Shown here: piece by piece, positions 1-9,113 of the stretch
How positions within the stretch are numbered: the first letter of the stretch is position 1
Layout: the number at the start of each line of letters is the position of its first letter
From: Acidobacteriota bacterium
GTDB taxonomy: Bacteria; Acidobacteriota; Vicinamibacteria; Vicinamibacterales; 2-12-FULL-66-21
Length of the DNA: 39,102 bases
Direction of reading: 5' to 3'
Assembly (NCBI GenBank): GCA_013362195.1
Contig: JABFWM010000146.1
Coordinates: 1 to 39,102 of the forward strand
The notes under the pieces: generated by a model
Told to the model about the DNA's origin: nothing
The model's database searches: none
The model's input: the letters and a program-made list of their open reading frames with translations, nothing else
Program-made: the position numbers and the translations under genes

Positions 1-1032
1 GTATGCGAGCGGCAGCCAGCCGCGCGTGTGCCTCGCGCGCATGAAATCCCGGTTGGGGACGAGGTGTTCGCGCAGCAGGCGGACGCGCAGGCCCCACGTC
101 GGCGACGTCCGCAGATCCAGCAACAGCCCGTCGACCGGCCGCGCCAGCGTCAGGAGCCGCGCGCTTGGCTCCTGCCGGTGCTCCGCTTCCGCCCGCAGCC
201 GCGACGCGAGGGCCGCGAGCCCTCCATCGTCGAAGAAGTGATCGGCGTGCCCGAGCGCATGCGCGCAGATCGCGGCGACGCGAGAGCGCACCACGGTATC
301 GACGAAGGCGTCGTGCTCGCGGTCGTCGAGCGCCGACGCGAGCAGCAGCAGATCGTACAGCCACAACAGGATTGCGCTGTCGCGATGATGCGCGGCGAGA
401 TGAATGCACGCGAGGACGAGGGCGTCAGCGCGCGATGGACCGCAAGCCTGGGCGCCGAGCGCCGGGACGCGGACGGCGCGGCCGCGAAGCGCGTCGATCG
501 GCAGCACAGAGGCGAACAGCAGCGGCGCGGCCACACGCCAGTGGACGTCGAGCGCGTGCGGGACGCCGACCGCGTCGCGGCGGATGAAGTGAAACTGCCC
601 GAGGATGACGGAGCCGCGGACGTGCGCGAGCGGCGAGTAGCCGGCGTTCGCAAGCGCCGCGGCGGCCTGCTCGCGGTCGCGGTCGGCGATGAGCAGGTCG
701 GTGTCGCCGCGAGGACGCAGCGCCGGCGACGGGTAGATCGCGTGCGCGAGATGCGCCCCTTTGATGACGAGCGGGCACACGCCGCGGGCGGCGAGGAGGT
801 CGAGCACCCGCACGATCTCACGGTCCTGAATCGCGGTCAGCACTTCGCGCTCGCGAAGGTGGGCCCTGAGCCGCGCCGCTCCTGGCTCCGCCGCCGCGCG
901 GCCCGCCGGGCTGCGCGCGAGGAGCGCCGCGACGCCGTGGTCGATCGCGAGATCGATGACCGCGTCGTCAATCTGGAGCGGCGCGCCGTTCAGCGCTGAG
1001 GCAAGCGCACGAAGACGAAGATCGTCAGGCAC
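1..1032 (-). CDS. Nucleotidyltransferase family protein (PF14907/NTP_transf_5-like); C-terminus runs off the window start
   Basis: Not in the ORF track because there is no stop inside the window. I translated the codon-aligned reverse complement of listed ORF 28..999. It gives VPDDLRLRALASALNGAPLQIDDAVIDLAIDHG...VCPLVIKGAHLAHAIYPSPALRPRGDTDLLIADRDREQAAAALANAGYSP...HALDVHWRVAAP...ADALVLACIHLAAHHRDSAILLWLYDLLLL, which reads as a real protein, while the + frame is R/E/Q-rich shadow. GTG at 1032..1030 is preceded by GGAGAG 11 nt upstream. Confidence 0.7.
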   Translation of the reverse strand, partial: MPDDLRLRALASALNGAPLQIDDAVIDLAIDHGVAALLARSPAGRAAAEPGAARLRAHLREREVLTAIQDREIVRVLDLLAARGVCPLVIKGAHLAHAIYPSPALRPRGDTDLLIADRDREQAAAALANAGYSPLAHVRGSVILGQFHFIRRDAVGVPHALDVHWRVAAPLLFASVLPIDALRGRAVRVPALGAQACGPSRADALVLACIHLAAHHRDSAILLWLYDLLLLASALDDREHDAFVDTVVRSRVAAICAHALGHADHFFDDGGLAALASRLRAEAEHRQEPSARLLTLARPVDGLLLDLRTSPTWGLRVRLLREHLVPNRDFMRARHTRGWLPLAY

Positions 1033-1131
1033 GGTGGCGGCATCTCTCCGGCAGCCACCCTCACGGCCAACGGTGGACTTCGTGAACTTCGTGATGAGCC
1101 GCAGGCCGTGACGGTGTGAAGCGGTGGACGT

Positions 1132-2298
1132 TCAACTCCACAGCGACGAGAGCAGGATCCGCCGGAACTGCGCGTGCCGCAGCAGCGCGAGCGCCGACCG
1201 GCGGTGCCAGTTGAAGTCGGCCGTCTGGCGCAGCATCGGGACGATGCCGTCGATGCGCGCGAGCTCGACGATCGCGTCCATGCCCCGGTCGGTCAGCCGC
1301 GACGCGAGCATCCGGAACGCCAGGCCGATGCGGATTTCGGCGCCGAGGCGATCCCGCCAGCGCGTCTCGTACTCGCGCAGGCGGGCCTCGCGCCAATCGT
1401 CGTCGCGAAGCGCGTGATGCAGCGTCTCGGCGGCGAAGTGCCCGCTGATCAGGCTGTAGTAAATGCCGCCGCCGGTCGTGGGCTTCACCAGGCCCGCGGC
1501 ATCGCCGACGGCAAGGAGCCGCGGCGCGAATGTCTTCGACACCGGGCCAAGCGGCAGGACCTTGAGGCGCGGCTCGGGCCACTCCCCTTCATCGACGCCG
1601 AACCGCGAACGGACGCGAGCCGCAAACGCGCGGAACCACGCGCCCGCGCGCGCGTCGGCGAGCAGTCCCAGCCGCTGGCACCGCTGAAGCCCACGCCTGA
1701 ACGGCACGACCCACGCGAATCCGCGAGGTGCGACCAGTCGCCCCAGGTGCACTTCGACCGCGTCAGGGCCGTCGAACGCGCGCTCGAGTTGCGCGCTGTG
1801 CGCGAGCGCGCGCGGCACACCGAGTCCGAGCTGACGGTTGAACCGGTAGCTCGCGCCGCACGCGAGCACGCACGCTCGCGCGGCAATCGGTTCGTCGCAG
1901 CCGTCCGCGGTGATCGTGACGCCGGTCTCGGCAATCGCGATCGATCGCACCCGGGCCGGCGCGCGCAGCTCCGCCCCGGCGGCGCGGCTCTGATCCGCGA
2001 GCGATTGATCGAACGCGGCACGATCGACGATCGCCGCGTGCACGCGGTCGGTTTCGACCTGCACGCAACTGCCGTCAGGAGCGACGAAGCGCGCCGCCTG
2101 CGTGCTGTCGAGAATGGTGTGGCGGGGAAGGTCGAGCTCGGAAAAGGCGTCGAGACCGAGGAGGCCGGTGCAGTGCGTCGGGACGCCGATGTGGGGATGT
2201 TCTTCGAGGACGAGGACGTCGTGGCCCTCGGTGGCGAGCTGGCGCGCGGTCATCAATCCGGCGGGACCGCCGCCCACGACGACGACGTCACGCATCAT
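1132..2298 (-). CDS. FAD-dependent oxidoreductase, geranylgeranyl reductase family
   Basis: ORF 1132..2298 (388 aa). N-terminal Rossmann motif DVVVVGGGPAGLMTARQLATEGHDVLVLEE and the GGR-type motif AVGDAAGLVKPTTGGGIYYSL. Confidence 0.85.
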   Translation of the reverse strand: MMRDVVVVGGGPAGLMTARQLATEGHDVLVLEEHPHIGVPTHCTGLLGLDAFSELDLPRHTILDSTQAARFVAPDGSCVQVETDRVHAAIVDRAAFDQSLADQSRAAGAELRAPARVRSIAIAETGVTITADGCDEPIAARACVLACGASYRFNRQLGLGVPRALAHSAQLERAFDGPDAVEVHLGRLVAPRGFAWVVPFRRGLQRCQRLGLLADARAGAWFRAFAARVRSRFGVDEGEWPEPRLKVLPLGPVSKTFAPRLLAVGDAAGLVKPTTGGGIYYSLISGHFAAETLHHALRDDDWREARLREYETRWRDRLGAEIRIGLAFRMLASRLTDRGMDAIVELARIDGIVPMLRQTADFNWHRRSALALLRHAQFRRILLSSLWS

Positions 2299-2310
2299 GA
2301 ATGAGTGGGG

Positions 2311-2916
2311 TCAGTATTTTCGCCCGCGCGCTTCCCATGTGCCCAGCACGCTAATCCAAAACGACAGGAGAATCAATCGCGCGTCGAGCCACCACGACTG
2401 GCGCCGTACGTAGAGGCGGTCGTAGCGGAACTTGTGCCGGCGCGGCAGATCCCGGCGGGCGTACACCTGCGCGATGCCGGTGAGGCCCGGGCGCACGGTG
2501 ACCCGCGTGGCGAATCCGGGCACGTCCTCGAGCCGCTCCATCACGCCGTTCCGTCCCGTTTCGATCTCCCCCGGCCGCAGCGCGCGCGGACCGACGAAGC
2601 TCATGTCGCCGCGGAAGATGTTCCAGAGCTGCGGCAGTTCGTCCATCGCGGTCGCGCGCATGAACCGCCCGGTCCGCGTGACACGCGGATCGTGTTCCGC
2701 CGCCTGAATCGCGCCGACGCCGGCCTCGGCGTCCGGCCGCATCGATCGGAACTTCAAGGCGGTGAACGGGCGGCCGCCGCGTCCGACCCGCTCCTGCGTG
2801 AAGAAGATCGGCCCGCCGTCCTCGAGTCTGATCGCCGCCGCGAAGAGCGCCCAGAGCGGCGAGGACGCCACCAGGCCGGCACCCGACAACGCGATGTCGA
2901 ACGCGCGCTTCAGCAT
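2311..2916 (-). CDS. Small monotopic phosphoglycosyl (sugar) transferase, PglC/WbaP C-terminal-domain type (priming enzyme)
   Basis: Real part of ORF 2311..3504 starts at [16 protein letters not shown] (ATG 2916..2914). Motifs [24 protein letters not shown] and [21 protein letters not shown]. The start overlaps the upstream stop (2912..2910) by 7 nt. Confidence 0.9.
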   Translation of the reverse strand: MLKRAFDIALSGAGLVASSPLWALFAAAIRLEDGGPIFFTQERVGRGGRPFTALKFRSMRPDAEAGVGAIQAAEHDPRVTRTGRFMRATAMDELPQLWNIFRGDMSFVGPRALRPGEIETGRNGVMERLEDVPGFATRVTVRPGLTGIAQVYARRDLPRRHKFRYDRLYVRRQSWWLDARLILLSFWISVLGTWEARGRKY

Positions 2917-4022
2917 GCGGCAGGGCGCTGCGGCACGACCGCGCCCTCCTCGTACAGCGTCCGCAGCCGGTCGCGCAGCCGCTCGAGCGTGAACTCCTGC
3001 TCGACGCGCGCCCGTCCAGCGGCGCCGAGACGATCGCGCAGCGACGAATCCGCCATCAGGCGATCGATGGCCGCGCGCAGCGCACGATCGTCTCCGGACG
3101 GCACGATCAGACCGGTGCGCATGTGCTGATTCACCCACGAGACGCCCGACGGCACGTCGGTGCTGATCACCGGTTTGCCCGCCGCCATCGCCTCGAGCTG
3201 CACGTAACCAAACGCCTCCGCGCGCGTCACCGACGGCAGAACCAGGGCCGCGCACGCGTGCATGAGGCGACGCAGCTCGTCGTCCGGCACTTCGCCCGTG
3301 AAGGTCGCGCGGCCGTTCAGGCCGAGGCCGCGCGCCATCGCTTCCCAGGCCCGCCGTTTCGGGCCGTCTCCCACGATGACGGCGCGGGCGGTGCTCTGCG
3401 CCAGCGCGCGCAGCAGGACGTCCACTCCCTTGTACGCGACGTGCCGTCCCGCGAACAGCACGAATGGCTCGCCCGACGGGCCCGCGCCCGCGTGGCTCCT
3501 CCATCGCGATGGCTCGATCCCGAACGGCACGACCCGGACGCGATCGCGGTACGGCGTCAGCACGGCTGCGTACTCGCCGAGCGGCGGCGACGAGACGATG
3601 ATCCGCTGCGCGCGTGCGTAGGCGACGCGGGCGAGCGGCGCATAGAACAGCGCGTACTGCAGCGCCGGCCGGACCACGTCGCTGTGGTACCAGATGAAGA
3701 GCGGCGGCCCGGGACGCGCGATCGCGTACGACAGCAGCGCCCAGGGATTCGGCTCGTGCAGCACGATGAGATCCGCCGCCGTCCGCGCGAGCCGCCGGGC
3801 AAACCCCGGCGCGACGTGGACGGAGCCGATCGATCCGATGCTGGCAACGCGGGTGACGTGTACGCCGTCGCGCCTCTCCTGCACCGTCCGGCTCGATCCA
3901 TTCAGGACGAGGACGTGGTTTTCGACGAAGCCCTGACTCGCCCGGCAGATCGTTTCGAGCACGCGCTCCATCCCGCCGGCATGCGGCGGATAGAACTTGC
4001 CGACGTGCAGGACGCGGATCAC
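2910..4022 (-). CDS. Glycosyltransferase family 4
   Basis: ORF 2910..4160, trimmed to GTG 4022..4020 (VIRVLHVGKFYPPHAGGMERV). This makes a GTGA overlap with the upstream stop at 4021..4019. C-terminal GT-B motif LPSVTRAEAFGYVQLEAMAAGKPVIST. Confidence 0.85.
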   Translation of the reverse strand: MIRVLHVGKFYPPHAGGMERVLETICRASQGFVENHVLVLNGSSRTVQERRDGVHVTRVASIGSIGSVHVAPGFARRLARTAADLIVLHEPNPWALLSYAIARPGPPLFIWYHSDVVRPALQYALFYAPLARVAYARAQRIIVSSPPLGEYAAVLTPYRDRVRVVPFGIEPSRWRSHAGAGPSGEPFVLFAGRHVAYKGVDVLLRALAQSTARAVIVGDGPKRRAWEAMARGLGLNGRATFTGEVPDDELRRLMHACAALVLPSVTRAEAFGYVQLEAMAAGKPVISTDVPSGVSWVNQHMRTGLIVPSGDDRALRAAIDRLMADSSLRDRLGAAGRARVEQEFTLERLRDRLRTLYEEGAVVPQRPAAC

Positions 4023-5218
4023 GACGTCACGGCCTCCCGTGCCGGTGTCGAGGCGCGCCGGCCGGCCACGTGCTCGTAGAGGTCGACGACGCTCGCCGTG
4101 TAGCGCGACCAGCTGAAGACCTGTGCGCGCGCGATGCCGGCGTCGCGGCGGGCGCGCCACGCCCCCGCGTCCGTCTCACGCTCCCCGAGCAATCGCAGGA
4201 TCGTCTCGGCCCAGGTATCGCGGTCCCCGACGGCGCAGTAGGTCGCGGCGGCGCCGCCGACTTCCCGCAGCACGGGAATATCGCTGGCCACGACCGGCGT
4301 GCCGCACGCCAGCGCCTCGATGAGCGGCAGCCCGAAACCCTCGCGCTCCGACGGCAGCAGCGCGACGGCGCTGCGCCGGTAGACGGCCGCGAGCGTCGCC
4401 CGATCCACGAACGGCAAGACGACGATCGCGTCGGTGACGCCCCGCTCGCGGGCGCGAACGCGCTGATCCGCCGTGAACGGACCACCGACGCGGGTCAGTC
4501 GGACATCTGGACGGTTCCGCCGCACCGCGGCGAAGACGTCGAGCAGCAGATCGATGCGCTTGCGCTCGATCGTGCTGCCGACGTGCAGCAGCTCGGGGAC
4601 GCGGCGCGGCCCGAGCAGACGCGCCGCTTCGACGTCGGCGGCGGCGTCCGCGTCGGGCTGGCCGCCGGTGTCGGCGCCGTTCGGAATCACCGTCAGCCGC
4701 TCCTCGGGCAGGTGCGCCAGCGCAATCAGCGCGCGACGGGTCGCCTCGCTGTCGCACGCGACCCGCGCCGCACGGCCGAGGCCGGACAGGATGCGGCGCG
4801 TCATCCAGCGATACGGCGCCGAGCGGCGCTCCTCACGCGGCTCCAGCACCGATCGGAAGGCGTCCACGTCGTGGCACGTGACAATCGTGCGCGACGCCGG
4901 CAGCACGTGCACGAGGTGCGCGTAGCTGTGATCGACGATGTGGTAGACGTCGAACGCGTTCGCGAGCGGCGCGACGACGCGGGGATAGTCCCAGTGGCGC
5001 GCCGCCACGCGGTCGAAGCCGCGGATCCGGCGGCGGGTCGCGAGCGCCGCGACGCGCGTCAGGCGCCGCGGCATTCGCGGCCGGACGAGCCGCGCCGCGA
5101 TCCGCCGTCCGTGCTCACGCTCGATGTGGCTCATGAGCATGTCCGCGACCAGATCCATGCTCGGCCAGCCTTCTTCCGCATAATCGGCGATGACTGCCAC
5201 ACGCAGCGGGGTCGTCAT
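4019..5218 (-). CDS. Glycosyltransferase family 4
   Basis: ORF 4019..5374, trimmed to ATG 5218..5216 (MTTPLRVAVIADYAEEGWPS). ATGA overlap with the upstream stop. Motif LPSEREGFGLPLIEALACGTPVVASD. Confidence 0.85.
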   Translation of the reverse strand: MTTPLRVAVIADYAEEGWPSMDLVADMLMSHIEREHGRRIAARLVRPRMPRRLTRVAALATRRRIRGFDRVAARHWDYPRVVAPLANAFDVYHIVDHSYAHLVHVLPASRTIVTCHDVDAFRSVLEPREERRSAPYRWMTRRILSGLGRAARVACDSEATRRALIALAHLPEERLTVIPNGADTGGQPDADAAADVEAARLLGPRRVPELLHVGSTIERKRIDLLLDVFAAVRRNRPDVRLTRVGGPFTADQRVRARERGVTDAIVVLPFVDRATLAAVYRRSAVALLPSEREGFGLPLIEALACGTPVVASDIPVLREVGGAAATYCAVGDRDTWAETILRLLGERETDAGAWRARRDAGIARAQVFSWSRYTASVVDLYEHVAGRRASTPAREAVTS

Positions 5219-6354
5219 GCCCGGGCACCATCCATCACGGCGTTGAAGAAGTCGAGGTGCGCCCGTGCGACGATCGGCCACGCAAAGTGCGACCGCGCTC
5301 GATCGAGTCCACGCGCGCAGCGCTCGGCACGCAGCAGCGGATCCGCGGCGAGGCGATCGATTTCGCGGGCCCATGCACGAGCGTCGTCCTCCGGCAGGAC
5401 GACCCCGGCATCGCCGACCACGTGCGGCATCTCTCCACTATCGCTCGACAGGACCGGCACGCCGCAGGCCATCGCTTCGATGAGCATCCGGCCGAACTGC
5501 TCGCGCCACTCTGTCGTCGTCTGACTCGGCGCGCAGAGGACGGTCATGGCGTTCAGCCACGCCGGCACGTCGTCGTGGCGCGCGGCCGTCTCGACGTGGA
5601 CACGAAAGGAGCACTCGGCGGCGAAACGGTGGAGATCGGGTTCCATCGGTCCGCCGCCTACGAACAGCGCGCGCCACGGCGCGTTCGCGAGCCGCAGCGC
5701 GTCGAGCAGCACCGCCAGCCCTTTCTGCGGCACGAAGCGCCCGACAAACCCGATGACCGGATCGGAGGATGCCCACCCGAGCCGCGCCAGCATGCGGCTG
5801 CGGAGCGTGGCGTCGGGACGGAACCGCTCGACGTCGACGCCGGGCGACAGCACCCGTGAGGGCCGCGCGGTATAGGGCGGACGGCTGGCGAGCGTGTCGT
5901 GGACCGTGCGGCCAAACGCGATCCATCCGTCCGTGCGCGCCATGGTCGAACGCTCGAAGGCGCTGAGCGGCCACGGATAACGCTTCGCGAGATTCTGAAA
6001 CGTGGCTACGACGAGCCGTGCGCCGCGAGGGACCGCGCGTGCGATCTGCGCGCCCGCCAGCACGTAGGGCTCCTCCCAGCAGTGGACGACGTCCCAGCGT
6101 CCACGCGCCACGGGCGTGATGTCGCGGTACCACATGAAGTGCGGGCTGCGATCGAAGCGGACATCGGCCAGCTGCAGCCGATCCGCTTCGTGCGCGATCG
6201 GCTCGACGTCGATCGGGCGCAGGTCTCCGCGGTACTTGCGGGGCGCGATCGCGGTGACGTCCCACTCCCCGCCCCCCTGCTTCGCCATCTCGTGGGCAAG
6301 CCGGCGATTCGCGGCGACCACGTACGAGTGACCAATCGTCAGCAGGCGCCTCAC
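5215..6354 (-). CDS. Glycosyltransferase family 4
   Basis: ORF 5215..6396, trimmed to GTG 6354..6352 (VRRLLTIGHSYVV). GTGA overlap with the upstream stop at 6353..6351. Motif APSQTTTEWREQFGRMLIEAMACGVPVLSSDSGE. Confidence 0.8.
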   Translation of the reverse strand: MRRLLTIGHSYVVAANRRLAHEMAKQGGGEWDVTAIAPRKYRGDLRPIDVEPIAHEADRLQLADVRFDRSPHFMWYRDITPVARGRWDVVHCWEEPYVLAGAQIARAVPRGARLVVATFQNLAKRYPWPLSAFERSTMARTDGWIAFGRTVHDTLASRPPYTARPSRVLSPGVDVERFRPDATLRSRMLARLGWASSDPVIGFVGRFVPQKGLAVLLDALRLANAPWRALFVGGGPMEPDLHRFAAECSFRVHVETAARHDDVPAWLNAMTVLCAPSQTTTEWREQFGRMLIEAMACGVPVLSSDSGEMPHVVGDAGVVLPEDDARAWAREIDRLAADPLLRAERCARGLDRARSHFAWPIVARAHLDFFNAVMDGARA

Positions 6355-7037
6355 GTCCCGCTCCGCACGAACACGTGAATGTTCGCGGGATACCACCAGG
6401 GCAGGTCGAGACGCGCGACGGCGCCGCGAAACTCCGCGTCGTCAGGGCTGAGCGCGAACCCGCGCGCCGCGAACTGGCGCCGCCAGTATTCGAACGGTCG
6501 CTCGTTCATGTGCTGCGTGCCCTGCTGATCGGGATGCGCCGCCGAAAAGACGACGATGGGCGCGCGCGTCAGCGCGTCGAGGAGCGGACCGGCCGACCAC
6601 GGCGGGAGGTGTTCGGCCGTCTCGAGACAGACGGCCATCTCGAACTCGGCGATCCGGGCGGCAAGGCGCTCGGCGCTGCGCCGACCGAAGAAGGCCAGGT
6701 CCATCTGCTCGACGGCGACACCATGCCGCGCGGCGCGCGCGAGACCTTCGGCGCCGGAATCGATGCCGAGCGTCGTCAGCCGCGGCGCACGCGCGTGGAT
6801 CGCGGCGAGCAGCGCGCCGGTGCCGCAGCCGACGTCTACGATCGATCGAGGCGCGCGATGCGCGAGGATCAAGCGCGCGAGCCCATCCCAGTCCCCGCCC
6901 GCATGAAAGTTCCAGAACGCGCCGTCGTACGGCGACCGGGCGCCGCGCATCCACTGCGCGAGCGCGTAGGCGTTGCGGACCCGCCAGCGCAGCGGCACCG
7001 GCAGCGAGCGGACGACCCTGGCGAGCGCGTCACGCAT
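6351..7037 (-). CDS. Class I SAM-dependent methyltransferase
   Basis: ORF 6351..7100, trimmed to ATG 7037..7035 (MRDALARVV). SAM motif IVDVGCGTGALLAAI. 8-nt overlap with the upstream stop (7032..7030). Confidence 0.8.
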   Translation of the reverse strand: MRDALARVVRSLPVPLRWRVRNAYALAQWMRGARSPYDGAFWNFHAGGDWDGLARLILAHRAPRSIVDVGCGTGALLAAIHARAPRLTTLGIDSGAEGLARAARHGVAVEQMDLAFFGRRSAERLAARIAEFEMAVCLETAEHLPPWSAGPLLDALTRAPIVVFSAAHPDQQGTQHMNERPFEYWRRQFAARGFALSPDDAEFRGAVARLDLPWWYPANIHVFVRSGT

Positions 7038-7956
7038 GATTGGCCACCCTGCCGGCCGGTGCGGAGATGGCGTACGGCCGCGGGGCGCGCGTGAGCGCAC
7101 GCCACTGCCTCACCGTCGCGCGGGACACGGGGCGGCGGGATGCGACGATCGGCAGAATCCGCGATCCGAGCTCCCGCACGATCCACGCCCATCCCCACGG
7201 ATCACGAATGCCCCACGCACTACGCATGCGGAAGTAGAGCGCGTATCGTGCCGGCACGGTCCACAGGACGCGCGGCAGCGGATCGTTGTAGAGGGCGTTG
7301 AGACAATCGTTCCGCACCAGGCGCCGCAGGTATCGTGCGCGGTCACGGCCGGACGGATCCGTCACGTGCGCAATCCCGGCCGACGGCAGGTAGACGACCG
7401 CACGTCCGCCGTCGAGCCATCGAAGACAGAGATCCTTCTCCTCGCCGGTGTGCACGAACTCTTCGCGATACCCGCCGACCGATAGAAAGGCATCCCGCCG
7501 CACCAGGTGCGCAAACCCGATGAAGCTCGCGACGATCGCCGGCGATTGCGCGGGCGACGCCTGCATCGCCGCCGGCCACGGCCGGCCGTCCGCCTCCGTC
7601 TGCGCGAAGGCTATCGCGGCAACGGACCGATCGCCGTCGAGCACCTGCAGCGCCTGCTCGAGGCTCTCCAGCGACAGAATCCGCGTGTCGTCGTCGAGCA
7701 GCAGGACCGCCGGCGCCGCCGCCTCGCGTACGAGCCGGTTGCGTCCGACGATGTACCCGGGGCTCGCGGCGTCGCGCAGGATGCGGGGACGCGGCAGCCC
7801 GCCATCGATCTGATCGGCGGCGGGCGGCGACGAGCCGTCGTCGAAGACGAGGATCTCGGGCGCGAGCGGAGCGAGCAGATCGAGCGAACGCAGGCACGCG
7901 TTCAGCGAACCGGCGCGATTGCGGGTGGTGATCCCGATGGTCAGCCGTGGCGTCAT
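7030..7956 (-). CDS. Glycosyltransferase family 2
   Basis: ORF 7030..8022, trimmed to ATG 7956..7954 (MTPRLTIGITTRNRAGSLNACLRSL). GT-A features ILVFDDGSS and LLLDDD. ATGA overlap with the upstream stop. Confidence 0.85.
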   Translation of the reverse strand: MTPRLTIGITTRNRAGSLNACLRSLDLLAPLAPEILVFDDGSSPPAADQIDGGLPRPRILRDAASPGYIVGRNRLVREAAAPAVLLLDDDTRILSLESLEQALQVLDGDRSVAAIAFAQTEADGRPWPAAMQASPAQSPAIVASFIGFAHLVRRDAFLSVGGYREEFVHTGEEKDLCLRWLDGGRAVVYLPSAGIAHVTDPSGRDRARYLRRLVRNDCLNALYNDPLPRVLWTVPARYALYFRMRSAWGIRDPWGWAWIVRELGSRILPIVASRRPVSRATVRQWRALTRAPRPYAISAPAGRVANHA

Positions 7957-9113
7957 CGTGTGGTGCGTCCGGCCCGCGCGGATTCGTACACGGCCAGCGT
8001 CTGCGCAGCCGTCGCGGCCCATGTCAGCCCGGCAACCGCGTCGTGCGCGGCGTCGCCCAGTTGCCGCCGTCGGCAGCGATCGGTCATGAGCGCCACCACC
8101 GCCGCCGAGAGCGCGTCCGCATCGCGGAACGGGATGCGAATACCGGTGACGCCGTCGCGCACGATCGTCTCGGCATATCCGGCCGGCGTGGCAATCACCG
8201 GCAGCCGCTGGCTCATCGCCTCGATGACCACGAGGCCGAACCCTTCATAACTCGACGTCGCGAGCAGGACGTCGTGCCGCCGGTACTCCTCGATCACTCG
8301 CGTCTCGGCCGCGCGATCGATCACCGTGACGAGCGGACGGACGGCCGGCGCAAAGCTGTCGAGGACCTGCACGCGATCGACGCCGGGGCCGAGCACGGTC
8401 AGCGGCCAGCGGTGACCGTCGGCGTGCAGGCGCTCCATGGCGGCGGCGAGATAGGCGATCCCCTTGACGTGGGCCCACGAACCGCAGAACAGCAGCCCGG
8501 CGCCGCGCGGCGCATCGGGCGCCGGCGCACTCTCGACAAAGACCTGTGATACGCCGTGCGGAATGAGCGCGACGCGATCGGCTGGCTGCCAGCCGCGGTC
8601 GAGCGCGAAGCGCCGGTCGGCTTCGTTCAGCACGATCAGGCGGTCGGCGAGCCGGGCCGCGGCAGCGACCTGCGTCAGCCTCGTCGCCGGATACCACAGC
8701 CGGCGCGTCCACGGTTTGGGCAGCAGCCCGTGGCGGTGATCGTCGAGCATGCGCGCGTAGTTGGTGTGCTCGAGGCCGTTCGAGCGGCAGATCAACGCGT
8801 GGCCGTCCACGTGCGCGACCAGATTCATCACGCCCAGGAACAAGCCTTCTGCGCTGGCGGCATCGACCACGTCGTAGCGCTTCGCGCCCATGCGCCGGGC
8901 GAGCGCGCGCCCGGCCAGCCACGGCGAGGCGAGCTGACGGATGTGCCGATTCGCCGGCCAGCCTCCGATGTCGTGCGCCCACACGACGTCGCAGCTGTGC
9001 CCGCGCGAGGTGAACTCGTCGCGCAGCTTGAAGAAGACCTTCGACGACCCGAGCCGCGCGTCCTCCGCGTAATCACCGACCAGGAGGATGGACAGCGGAC
9101 GCGGCGCGCTCAC
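7953..9113 (-). CDS. Glycosyltransferase family 4
   Basis: Real part of composite ORF 7953..9683 begins at GTG 9113..9111 (VSAPRPLSILLVGDYAEDARLGSSKV). GTGA overlap with the upstream stop at 9112..9110. Motif ATSSYEGFGLVVIEAMSQRLPVIATPAG. Confidence 0.85.
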   Translation of the reverse strand: MSAPRPLSILLVGDYAEDARLGSSKVFFKLRDEFTSRGHSCDVVWAHDIGGWPANRHIRQLASPWLAGRALARRMGAKRYDVVDAASAEGLFLGVMNLVAHVDGHALICRSNGLEHTNYARMLDDHRHGLLPKPWTRRLWYPATRLTQVAAAARLADRLIVLNEADRRFALDRGWQPADRVALIPHGVSQVFVESAPAPDAPRGAGLLFCGSWAHVKGIAYLAAAMERLHADGHRWPLTVLGPGVDRVQVLDSFAPAVRPLVTVIDRAAETRVIEEYRRHDVLLATSSYEGFGLVVIEAMSQRLPVIATPAGYAETIVRDGVTGIRIPFRDADALSAAVVALMTDRCRRRQLGDAAHDAVAGLTWAATAAQTLAVYESARAGRTTR

